From contig DATBJW010000010.1 in assembly GCA_036556205.1 (NCBI GenBank), positions 4,228-68,227 on the forward strand: a DNA stretch of 64,000 nucleotides, given 5' to 3'. The notes under the pieces are model-generated. The model had not been told where the DNA came from, did no database searches, and was given only the letters and a program-made list of their open reading frames with translations. The position numbers were made by a program, and so were the translations under genes. Source of the stretch: Gemmatimonadota bacterium. GTDB lineage: Bacteria; Gemmatimonadota; Gemmatimonadetes; JACCXV01. Each line of letters starts with the position of its first letter. Position 1 is the stretch's first letter. Of this stretch, positions 29,366 through 37,548 are shown one piece after another.

Positions 29366-30154
29366 TCAGAATCCCGTGGGGGCGTCGCAGAAAAAGGCCT
29401 CCAGATCGAAACGGCGCGCCAGGTCCTCACCCAGCGCCCGCACGCCCCACGTCTCGGTGGCGTAGTGGCCGCCGAAGAGGAGGTTCAGGCCCGCTTCCCG
29501 AGCGGGATGGTACGCGGCGTGGCTCGTCTCGCCCGTCAGATACGCGCCGTAGCGCTCGCGCGCCGCTTCGGGAGCCAGGTCGGCCGCGGCTCCCGAGACC
29601 ACGGCCAGCGCGCGCACCGTCTCGTCCCCGAAGGGAAGGATGCGCACCGGAGCTCCGAGGCGCTCCTCGCAGTAGGTCGCGACCTCCCCTCGCGCCAGGA
29701 CGCGCGGGAGGTCGCCGCCGACCCCGATCGGGATCCCGCCGCGGCGCGAGGCCGCGCCCGATCGATCCAGATGCCCGAACGGCCGCAGGTTCGCGAGCTC
29801 GAGCCGCCGCGCGATCAGCACGTTGTTCCCCACCTCGGGGTGGGCGTCGAGCGGAAGGTGGGCGCAGTAGAGGCCGAGGCCACCCTCGAGGAGGGCCTGG
29901 AGCCGCCGGCGCAGCGCTCCCACGACGGGTGTCGGACGGTCTCCCCAGAAAAGCCCGTGATGGACGATCAGGAGCTGGGCTCCGCCCCGCCGCGCGAGCT
30001 CGAAGGTCTGGAGCGCGGCGTCGGTGGCGACCGCCACCCGCTCCACCTCCGCGGGGCCTTCGACCTGCAGCCCGTTCAGAGACTTGTCGGGGAAGCCGTG
30101 GATGTCGAGGAAGTCGTCCAGGTGGGCGGCGAGAACCGCCAGCGAAACGCTCAT
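29366..30154 (-). CDS. Nif3-like dinuclear metal centre protein (YbgI/GTP cyclohydrolase I type 2 homolog)
   Basis: LDDFLDIHGFPDKSLNGLQVEG, LLIVHHGLFW, YCAHLPLDAHPEVGNN. ATG at 30154 chosen by residue count. Confidence 0.85.
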   Translation of the reverse strand: MSVSLAVLAAHLDDFLDIHGFPDKSLNGLQVEGPAEVERVAVATDAALQTFELARRGGAQLLIVHHGLFWGDRPTPVVGALRRRLQALLEGGLGLYCAHLPLDAHPEVGNNVLIARRLELANLRPFGHLDRSGAASRRGGIPIGVGGDLPRVLARGEVATYCEERLGAPVRILPFGDETVRALAVVSGAAADLAPEAARERYGAYLTGETSHAAYHPAREAGLNLLFGGHYATETWGVRALGEDLARRFDLEAFFCDAPTGF

Positions 30155-30164
30155 CCGCGCCGCA

Positions 30165-30698
30165 TCACGCTCCGGCGGGCCGGCTGACGGGCGGCGGGGG
30201 CTTCCTCTGGTGGCGCTGGTTGTTGCCGGACAGCGTGACCGGAGCGCCATCGGCACGGGTGATGGTCAGCTTGAACGAGCCGCCGTCGCTCGAGTAGGTG
30301 ACCCCGGTGCTGGCCTTCTCCAGCTCGGCAACCGATGCCGCGAGCGAGGGGTCGGTCTCGAGCTCTTTGCGGTCGGCGGGATAGCGGGCGTTCCTCGCGT
30401 AGTAGGAGACGAGCGCCTCGTGGACGTCGTGGAGCGCGGCCTTGAGCGCCTGCCGGCGCGCGAGGGAGTCGAGTGCGCCCGCCGGGCTCTCGGCGGCCGC
30501 GACGGACGGGGATGCGCGGGGCGGCGTGGGCGCCGTGTCGCGGCCAGGCGCCGTGTCGCGGGCAGGCGCCGCGGCCGGGGGGACGCCGCCGTCGCGGGCG
30601 GTCGAGCCGCCCGCGTCCCGGGGGGCCCGTTCGCCGCACGCGCACGCGGCGGCCAGGAGACCGACGGCGACGAGCCGGTTTCGAAGAGCGTGACGCAC
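30165..30698 (-). CDS. Hypothetical lipoprotein
   Basis: Lipobox LLAAACACG, Pro/Ala-rich linker, then a globular C-terminus (ALVSYYARNARYPADRKELE...). Confidence 0.5.
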   Translation of the reverse strand: MRHALRNRLVAVGLLAAACACGERAPRDAGGSTARDGGVPPAAAPARDTAPGRDTAPTPPRASPSVAAAESPAGALDSLARRQALKAALHDVHEALVSYYARNARYPADRKELETDPSLAASVAELEKASTGVTYSSDGGSFKLTITRADGAPVTLSGNNQRHQRKPPPPVSRPAGA

Positions 30699-30751
30699 GT
30701 GAGCGAGGTCGCGTTGCCGGAAGCGTTTGCTTGGGTAGTTTAAGACCGCCC

Positions 30752-31645
30752 ATGACCACGAGCAACGACCCGGGACGGCGCAGCTCGCCCGCGCGCGCGG
30801 CGTGCGTCGGTCTCGTGCTGCTGGCCGCGGCCGCCGGCTGCGGCAATCGGGAGCGCGCGTCCCTGTCTCGCGCGGTGCGTCTCGAGATCGCCCACGAGCC
30901 GCCGCTCACGGCCCCCGCGGGCCAGCCGCTCCTGCTCGGGCTCACCGCCGAGGCCGACCCTCCGCTCGCCCCGGGGAGCGCGCACCTCTGGTACGAGGCC
31001 GGCGCGGGCTGGGTGCGGGCGGAGCTCGAGCCGCTGCCCGGCACGGATCGCCTCGAGGCCCGCCTCCCCACACAGCCGCGCGGACGAACGATCCGCTACT
31101 ACTTCACCGTGCGCAGTCCGCTGGGCGAGACCGTGCGACTGCCGCGCGGTGCCACTCCCGAGCCGAACGTGGCCGCCGACTCCGCGGCGGCCGGCGAGGG
31201 GCCCGGGTTGGCGGCCGGCGTCTACGAGCTGACCGTGCGGGCGCCGGTCGCGGGCTGGGCCTCCTGGCTGCGAGCCGGCGGCGCGGCGCTGGCCCTGCTC
31301 CTGATCCTGGGCGGGGCCGCGCTGGCGGCGCGCTGGCGCCCGGGGGAGCCGCCCGGCCGACCCGCGGGTGTGGCGCTGGAAGCGCTCGGGGTCCTGGTGT
31401 TCGCGCTGGCCCTCGCCGGGTCTGTGATCGTCAGCTTCCAGGCCACGGGCAGCCCCATTCACGACGTCCCTCCCGCGTGGTGGGTCGCCCTGGCCGCCTG
31501 GCTTCCCATCCTGGTCGTGGCGCGGGCCCTGCGCCGGCCGGCTCCCGGCTACGCTCCACGGGCGCGCCGCCTAACCCTGCTCGCGGCAATCCTCGCGGCG
31601 CCGGGCGCGGCGGCCTTTCTGGTCGGCCTCGGCCGCTTCCTCTGA
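30752..31645 (+). CDS. Hypothetical lipoprotein/membrane protein
   Basis: ATG at 30752 within a longer ORF. Lipobox LLAAAAGCG. Extracytoplasmic domain followed by about 4 TM helices. Confidence 0.5.
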   Translation: MTTSNDPGRRSSPARAACVGLVLLAAAAGCGNRERASLSRAVRLEIAHEPPLTAPAGQPLLLGLTAEADPPLAPGSAHLWYEAGAGWVRAELEPLPGTDRLEARLPTQPRGRTIRYYFTVRSPLGETVRLPRGATPEPNVAADSAAAGEGPGLAAGVYELTVRAPVAGWASWLRAGGAALALLLILGGAALAARWRPGEPPGRPAGVALEALGVLVFALALAGSVIVSFQATGSPIHDVPPAWWVALAAWLPILVVARALRRPAPGYAPRARRLTLLAAILAAPGAAAFLVGLGRFL

Positions 31646-31687
31646 GTCGTCGGAGAAGGCCCCGGCGCCGCCCCTTCCGCTCTCACC

Positions 31688-32572
31688 GTGCCCGAGCTTC
31701 CCGACGTCGAGGTCTACGTGGAGCGCCTGCGGGCGCTCGTGCTGGGGCGCACGCTCCGCGCCGTGCGCCTCCGGAGCCCCTTCCTGCTGCGCACGGTGGA
31801 TCCGCCCCCGGGCGCGGCCGAGGGGCGGAGCGTGCGCGACGTGCGCCGGCTCGGCAAGCGCATCCTGATCGAGCTCGACGACGGGATCTTCCTGGTCCTC
31901 CACCTGATGGTCGCCGGCCGGCTCCACTGGCGCGCGCCGGGTGCGGCGATCCCGGGCCGCATCGGGCTGGCCGCCCTGGACTTCCAACGCGGCACGCTGG
32001 TCGTGACCGAAGCAGGATCGAAGCGGCGGGCGTCGCTGCACGTCGTGCGCGGGGACGAGGCGTTGCGGCAGTTCGAGCGGGGCGGGCTGGAGGTCCTGGA
32101 AGCCGGGCCCGAGGCGTTCGCGGCCGCACTCGCGCGCGAGAACCACACGCTCAAGCGCGCGCTCACCGACCCGCGCATCCTGAGCGGCATCGGCAACGCG
32201 TACTCGGACGAGATCCTGCACCGCGCGCGGCTGTCTCCGCTCAAGCAGACCGGCCGGCTGACCCCGGCGGAGACCCGGCGCCTCTATCGGGCCACGCGCG
32301 CGGTCCTCACCGAGTGGACCGAGCGTCTCTCCCGAGAGGCGGGCGAGGGTTTGCCCGAGCGGGTCACCGCTTTTCGCGAGGACATGGCGGTGCACGGACG
32401 CTACGGGCGGCCGTGCCCGGTCTGCCGGGCGCCGGTCCAGCGCATCGTGTACGCGGAGAACGAGACGAACTACTGCGCGCGCTGCCAGACCGGCGGGCGC
32501 CTGCTGGCCGATCGCGCGCTGTCCCGCATCCTGCGCGACGACTGGCCGCGCAGCCTCGACGATCTGGAGTGA
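31688..32572 (+). CDS. Fpg/Nei-family DNA glycosylase/AP lyase
   Basis: N-terminal MPELPDVEV catalytic Pro/Glu. H2TH region (IGNAYSDEILHRARLSP). C-terminal zinc finger CPVC...CARC. Confidence 0.85.
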   Translation: MPELPDVEVYVERLRALVLGRTLRAVRLRSPFLLRTVDPPPGAAEGRSVRDVRRLGKRILIELDDGIFLVLHLMVAGRLHWRAPGAAIPGRIGLAALDFQRGTLVVTEAGSKRRASLHVVRGDEALRQFERGGLEVLEAGPEAFAAALARENHTLKRALTDPRILSGIGNAYSDEILHRARLSPLKQTGRLTPAETRRLYRATRAVLTEWTERLSREAGEGLPERVTAFREDMAVHGRYGRPCPVCRAPVQRIVYAENETNYCARCQTGGRLLADRALSRILRDDWPRSLDDLE

Positions 32573-32608
32573 CCCGGTGACACGCAGCAGGCCAAAGGGC
32601 CGGCGTGT

Positions 32609-32629
32609 GGCTCGCACGGCGAGCCCTTG
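32609..32629 (+). repeat. Truncated remnant of the structured intergenic repeat (variant A 5' half)
   Basis: GGCTCGCACGGCGAGCCcTTG matches the first 21 nt of the 5829-5849 copy with one mismatch, then diverges. Confidence 0.6.
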
Positions 32630-32751
32630 ATTGCAGCACTACTGTCGACGCGCCTATCGGGTTCTCTGCCAAGCGCAGACGGTGATGGCAGAGGCGAGCG
32701 TGCGAGGCCACCGCCGGCCCTGAGCCACTGTGAACGCCGGGCCCACAAGTC

Positions 32752-33735
32752 TCACAGCTCGCCGCACAGGACCCGCCGCAGCGTGGCCTGGTCGATGTTG
32801 GCGCCGGAGAGGACGATCCCCACGCTGCGACCGGCGAGCCGGTCGCGCAGCCTGAGCAGCCCGGCGAGCCCGGCCGCGCCCGCCCCTTCGACGAGGTTGT
32901 GGGTCGTCCGCAGCAAGATCCGCAGGGCCTCGGCCAGCTCCCCTTCCGTGACGGCCACGAAATCCGCGAGACCCTCCCGCAAGGCGTCGAAGGTGAGCTC
33001 GTATACGTTGCGGGTGGCGAGGCCGTCGGCGAAGGTGTCCGCGGAGCTGCCCGGCAGCGCGCGGCCGGCGTGCCAGCTGTCGTGGATGGCCGCCGCCCCC
33101 CGGGCCTGCACACCGTAGACCGCCACCGGACGCCCGAGCCCCCGGGCCGCGGTCAGCGCGCCCACGGCCTGCGAACCGCCACCTACCCCGATCACGAGGG
33201 CCTCCAGCTCGGGCGCCTCCTCGAGCATCTCCAGCGCCAGCGTGGCCGCGCCGGCCAGCACGCGCGGGTCGTTGGTGGCGTGCACGAGCGTGAAGCCGCG
33301 CTCGCGGGCCAGATGCCTGGCCACCTCCACCGCCTCGTCGTAGTCGCGCCCTTTCTCGACCAGCGTCGCGCCCAGGCCGCGCAGCGCCTCGTTCTTCTCT
33401 GGATTGTTGCCGACCGGCAAACACACCGTCACGGGCACGTTCAGGCGCGCCCCGGCCCATGCCAGGCTCAGCCCGTGGTTGCCGCGCGAGGCGGCGACGA
33501 CTCCACGGCGGCGGGCATCGGCGTCGAGGGCCGTGAGGACCGCGACGCCGTTCCGGATCTTGAAGGCGTTCGTCGGCTGATGGTTCTCGTGCTTGACGAG
33601 GACGCGGATGCCGGCGCCCACGGCGGCGTCGAGGGGTGCGTAGCCGCGAAGCGGGGTGGGAACCAGGAAGGGTCGGAGCCGCTCGCGGGCCGCGAGCACG
33701 TCCGTGAAGGCGATCGGCCACTCCGTCATGACCAC
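32752..33735 (-). CDS. PLP-dependent threonine/serine dehydratase-like enzyme (fold type II)
   Basis: PLP-lysine context HENHQPTNAFKIRNG, Gly-rich loop GVGGGSQ, 327 aa. Confidence 0.8.
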   Translation of the reverse strand: MVMTEWPIAFTDVLAARERLRPFLVPTPLRGYAPLDAAVGAGIRVLVKHENHQPTNAFKIRNGVAVLTALDADARRRGVVAASRGNHGLSLAWAGARLNVPVTVCLPVGNNPEKNEALRGLGATLVEKGRDYDEAVEVARHLARERGFTLVHATNDPRVLAGAATLALEMLEEAPELEALVIGVGGGSQAVGALTAARGLGRPVAVYGVQARGAAAIHDSWHAGRALPGSSADTFADGLATRNVYELTFDALREGLADFVAVTEGELAEALRILLRTTHNLVEGAGAAGLAGLLRLRDRLAGRSVGIVLSGANIDQATLRRVLCGEL

Positions 33736-33782
33736 AGGCTAGCGCGGGTCGCTCTGGAGAGCCATCCGCGCCGGCGTGGGAG

Positions 33783-34895
33783 CTATCCCGCCTGCTCCAT
33801 CATGTAGGCGCTCACCATGTCGGTCGGGGCCACGCTGTCGAGCCGGAAGCGGAGCTGGAAATCGGCGGGGTTCGTGGAGGCCGCGGTGGCCGTCTCGTAG
33901 GTGACCAGCCCCTCGTTCACGAGCTTCGCCAGGTGCTGGTCGAAGGTCTGCGAGCCGTACTGCTCGGTACCCTCCTCCATGAGCTCGCGCACCTCTTCGA
34001 GCGGCCGCTCCTGCGCGATCTTGTCGCGCACGGCGGCGGTCATGATCAGGATCTCGCAGGCCAGCACGCGGCCCCGGCCGCTGCGGGCGGGCAGCAACCG
34101 CTGCGAGATGACGGCCTTGACCGACTCGCTGAGCCGGATGCGCACCGAGCGCTGCTCGAGCGGCGGGAAGACGGCCAGCATGCGGTGGATCGTGCTCACG
34201 GCGTCGGGAGTGTGCAGCGTGGAGAGCACCAGGTGCCCGGTCTCGGCCGCCTTGAGCGAGATGTCCATCGTCTCGGCGTCGCGCATCTCGCCGATCAGCA
34301 GCACGTCGGGATCCTGGCGCATCGCCGAGCGCAGCCCGGCGGCGAAGTCCTCGGTGTCGGGCCCCACTTCGCGCTGCGTGATGGAGGACAGCTTGTCCGT
34401 GAACAGGAACTCGATCGGGTTCTCGAGCGTGATCACGTGCTTTCGCGCGCGACGGTTCATGGCCTCGATCATGGCCGCCTGCGTGGACGACTTGCCGCTT
34501 CCCGTCACGCCCGTCACGACCACCATCCCGCGCTCGAGCTCGGAGAGCTTCTCGACCACGGGCGGCAGCCGCAGGGCCGCGAAGTCGGGGATGTCCACGG
34601 GGATGATGCGCAGGACGAGCATCAGGCTCCCGCGCTGGCGCAGCACGTTGACGCGAAAGCGGCCGATGCCGGCCACGCCGTACGAGCAGTCGTATTCCTT
34701 GACGTTGTCGAGGGACTCGCGAACCCGACGGTCGGAGATCACCCGCTCGGCGACGCCCCGGACCTGGTCGGCGGTCAGGGGCTCTTCGGAGATGGGTGTC
34801 AGGACGCCGTCGATCCGGGCCCGGACGACGTCGCCCGTCTTGACGTGGATGTCGGAGGCGCCGCGCGAAGCGGCGTAACGCAGGAGATCGTCCAC
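33783..34895 (-). CDS. pilT: Type IV pilus retraction ATPase PilT
   Basis: ASDIHV..., Walker A GVTGSGKSST, ITLENPIEF, LIGEMRD, GHLVLSTLHT. 370 aa. Confidence 0.9.
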   Translation of the reverse strand: MDDLLRYAASRGASDIHVKTGDVVRARIDGVLTPISEEPLTADQVRGVAERVISDRRVRESLDNVKEYDCSYGVAGIGRFRVNVLRQRGSLMLVLRIIPVDIPDFAALRLPPVVEKLSELERGMVVVTGVTGSGKSSTQAAMIEAMNRRARKHVITLENPIEFLFTDKLSSITQREVGPDTEDFAAGLRSAMRQDPDVLLIGEMRDAETMDISLKAAETGHLVLSTLHTPDAVSTIHRMLAVFPPLEQRSVRIRLSESVKAVISQRLLPARSGRGRVLACEILIMTAAVRDKIAQERPLEEVRELMEEGTEQYGSQTFDQHLAKLVNEGLVTYETATAASTNPADFQLRFRLDSVAPTDMVSAYMMEQAG

Positions 34896-35144
34896 CGAGG
34901 GCTCCGAGTCTCGCGGGATGCCTTCGCGGCTTCCGGTGCCGGAGGCAGCCGGCGCCCTCTCACTGCAAGACTCCTACCGCCCCGGGTCGTGCTAGGCGGC
35001 CTCTGCCAGGAAGGCTGGCAAGTCCTTGCTTGGAAAGGTGATGGAAAGACCGGTCCAGTCGCCCGGAGGGGTCGCAGGTGGACCAGTCGGGGCGGGCCCG
35101 GTCGCATTTCGCGGAAGCCGGGGGCCTTCCGGGGACGCGGTCGG

Positions 35145-36191
35145 CTACCCGCGCCCCGGAGGGCGCGACTCCTCGGGCACCACGCGCAGCTCCCGCTTCT
35201 CAGTTCGGCGCAGGACCTGGAGGGTGACAGGGACGCCGATCTTGCCGTCCGTCAGCAGCCGATGGAGGTCGTCCACGTGGGCCACCGGACCCTCGTCGAA
35301 GGCCACGATCACGTCGCCCACCTCCACGCCCCCGCGCTCGGCCGGGCTTGCCGGCTCCACCGTCACGACCTGAATGCCGCTTTCGAGCGGCAGGTTGTGG
35401 AAGCGCGCCGCACGGCGGCGGATGGGCACGTTCTGACCCCCGATCCCGAGGTACCCGCGGCGGATGCGGCCATCCTTGATGAGCCGTGCGGCGACGAACT
35501 TGGCGGTGTGGATCGGGATCGCGAAGGAGATTCCCTGGCCGGGCAGGATCACGGCCGTGTTCACGCCCACCACGTCGCCGTTCGAGGTCACGAGCGGGCC
35601 GCCCGAGTTCCCGGGGTTCAGCGCGGCGTCGGTCTGGATGATGTCATCCATGAGCCGGCCCGAGCGCGCGCGGAGCGAGCGGCCCAGGGCGCTCACGACC
35701 CCGGCCGAGACCGAGTACTGGAAGCCGTAGGGGTTGCCGATCGCGACCACGAGCTGGCCGGGGCGCAGCGAACGCGAGTCCCCCAGGCGCGCGGGCGGCG
35801 CCTGCGGCGGCTCGACGCGCAGGACCGCGAGGTCGGTCTCGGGGTCGTCCCCGATCAGGTCGGCCTGCAGCGCGCGCCCGTCCGAGAGCGTGACCTCGAT
35901 CCGGCGCGCGCCGCTCACGACGTGGCTGTTCGTGAGAACCATGCCGTCGGGCGTGAAGAGGAACCCCGAACCGCTCCCTCCGAGCTCGGGCGCGCGGCGG
36001 CCCCCCGCCGGCCGGGCGCGGCGCACCTCGATGTTGACGACGGCGGGGCTCACCGCCTCGGCGGCGCGGATCACCGCGCGCGAGTAGGCGTCGAGCAGCT
36101 CGCCGTCGCCGGGAAGCGCCTCCGCCGCCGCCGCCGGCACGGGATCGGCGCGATCGGCCGTGATCCATTCCAGAACCTGAACCATTTCCAC
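35145..36191 (-). CDS. S1C (HtrA/DegP-like) serine protease with PDZ domain
   Basis: Catalytic triad contexts [22 protein letters not shown]-terminal PDZ-like (GYLGIGGQ...). No obvious signal peptide. Confidence 0.85.
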   Translation of the reverse strand: MEMVQVLEWITADRADPVPAAAAEALPGDGELLDAYSRAVIRAAEAVSPAVVNIEVRRARPAGGRRAPELGGSGSGFLFTPDGMVLTNSHVVSGARRIEVTLSDGRALQADLIGDDPETDLAVLRVEPPQAPPARLGDSRSLRPGQLVVAIGNPYGFQYSVSAGVVSALGRSLRARSGRLMDDIIQTDAALNPGNSGGPLVTSNGDVVGVNTAVILPGQGISFAIPIHTAKFVAARLIKDGRIRRGYLGIGGQNVPIRRRAARFHNLPLESGIQVVTVEPASPAERGGVEVGDVIVAFDEGPVAHVDDLHRLLTDGKIGVPVTLQVLRRTEKRELRVVPEESRPPGRG

Positions 36192-36274
36192 TGCTCCGTT
36201 CCGTGATTTGTCGGGAAGGCTGGTGCTTCTTCTCTGCCTACGCGGGGGAAGCCCGAGTATTCCCGGGGCCGGCC

Positions 36275-36355
36275 ACTGCCGCGCCTAACGGTTCCCCTGC
36301 GGCGTGGGATCCTCGCTTGCAACAAAGCAACTGTCGCGCCTACCGGTTCCCCTGC
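36275..36355. repeat. 26-nt imperfect direct repeat duplicating the 3' end and stop codon of the binding-protein gene
   Basis: ACTGyCGCGCCTAmCGGTTCCCCTGC occurs at 36275-36300 and 36330-36355 with 2 mismatches and a 55-nt period. The second copy contains the stop at 36340. Confidence 0.85.
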
Positions 36356-37548
36356 CCCGTTGGAACCTTGCCGGCAGACGCAGACCGCGTGGCGACGGTG
36401 CCGCCCGTCACTTCGGAGACGACGGAGAGGTCACGGACCGCCGAGCGCTCGCGTGAGAAGAAGAAGCGCCCGGAGACGCCCTGGAAGGAGGTGGTCGGGC
36501 CCCCGGTGCTCTGCAGCCAGCGCAGCACGGTGGCCCGGTCGGTGGCGCCGTTCTCGAGCGACTCGAGCACCAGGTTGACCCCGTCATAGGCGAGTGCCGC
36601 GGCCTCGGTGGGCGGGCGACCGTAGGCGTCGTGAAAGCGAGCGCCGAAGGCGCGAGCGGAGGAGTCCGCCACCAGATCCAGCAGAACGGGATAGTAGACG
36701 GCGGCGTTCAGGCTGTCCCCTGCGGCGGCCGCCGCGCTGTCCGGGGGAGGAGCGTCGCCGGCCGGGCCGGGCGGCCCCTCGGTCAGGATCGGACGCCCGT
36801 ATCCCTTCGCGCGGAGCGCGGCCACGAGCGGTCCCGTCCCCTCGGGCCGCGCCGCCACGAGAACCGCCGGCGCGCTCAGCAGCGCCCGGGCGAGCGAGTC
36901 GGACAGGCCCCCCGCCTGGTCGACGGCGACGCGCGCCGCGGGCCTGCCCCCGAGTCGGCCGAGCTCGCTCGCGAACGCGCGCTCGAGCGCCAGACCGAAC
37001 CCCTCGCGCGCGGCCAGCGTCGCCGCGCTGTTGGCGGAGAGCTCGGTGGCGGCGAACCAGGCCAGCGTCTCGCCCAGGTACTCCGCGGAGGGCGCCAATC
37101 CGAACACCCGGTCGCCGCGCCGTACCAGGTCCACGGAGACGGGGATCGGCACCAGCGTGGGAACGCCCTCGCCGCGGCCGAACACATCGAGGGCCGCCGC
37201 CGCCGTGGCGGGGGAGCCCGGTCCGATCACCGCCACGAGCTCGGGCAGGTCGTTGAGGTAGCCGGCGAGACGCGCCGCGCGATCGACTTTCCCCTGGTCG
37301 TCCTGGACGAGCAGCTCGACTCCCTGGCGGCTCTCGCGACGCGCGTCGCGCAGGGCCAGCCGGGCGCCGTCCTGGATCTCACGTCCCAGCTCGCGGCCGG
37401 GACCCGAGAGATCCACGAACACGGCCACGATCTTCACCGAGGTGGGAGTCGGCCCGCAGCCCCAGGCCGCCGCGAGGCAGAGGAGAGCCAGACCGGCGCC
37501 GAGCCGGGGGGGCCCGAAGCGGCGCGGACGAGCGGCTGAGGAGCTCAA
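36340..37548 (-). CDS. Type 1 periplasmic binding-fold (LivK-like) lipoprotein
   Basis: Lipobox LAAAWGCG. VKIVAVFVDLSGPGRELGREIQDGARLAL is typical of the Leu/Ile/Val-binding family. No ABC permease or ATPase nearby. Confidence 0.65.
   Translation of the reverse strand: MSSSAARPRRFGPPRLGAGLALLCLAAAWGCGPTPTSVKIVAVFVDLSGPGRELGREIQDGARLALRDARRESRQGVELLVQDDQGKVDRAARLAGYLNDLPELVAVIGPGSPATAAAALDVFGRGEGVPTLVPIPVSVDLVRRGDRVFGLAPSAEYLGETLAWFAATELSANSAATLAAREGFGLALERAFASELGRLGGRPAARVAVDQAGGLSDSLARALLSAPAVLVAARPEGTGPLVAALRAKGYGRPILTEGPPGPAGDAPPPDSAAAAAGDSLNAAVYYPVLLDLVADSSARAFGARFHDAYGRPPTEAAALAYDGVNLVLESLENGATDRATVLRWLQSTGGPTTSFQGVSGRFFFSRERSAVRDLSVVSEVTGGTVATRSASAGKVPTGQGNR

Noticed and set aside
34964-34978. 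Sigma-54-like element upstream of pilT. The minus strand reads CGGTAGGAGTCTTGCA, with correct N10 spacing and a perfect TTGCA.
   Set aside because: The -24 box is poor (CGGTAG against TGGCAC), and pilT is not a typical sigma-54 target. GG-N10-GC matches are expected by chance in a genome this GC-rich. It is worth a PWM score, but I do not call it.
35016-35029. Sigma-54-like TGGCAAGTCCTTGC on the plus strand between pilT and the HtrA-like gene.
   Set aside because: GG-to-GC spacing is N9 instead of the obligatory N10. It also points into the 3' end of a convergently oriented gene.
36275-36355. Gene-end duplications (here and at 61557-61627) as template/variable repeats of a diversity-generating retroelement.
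   Set aside because: The repeats are only 25-26 nt. One pair is identical and the other differs at non-adenine positions on the coding strand. No reverse transcriptase gene is present.
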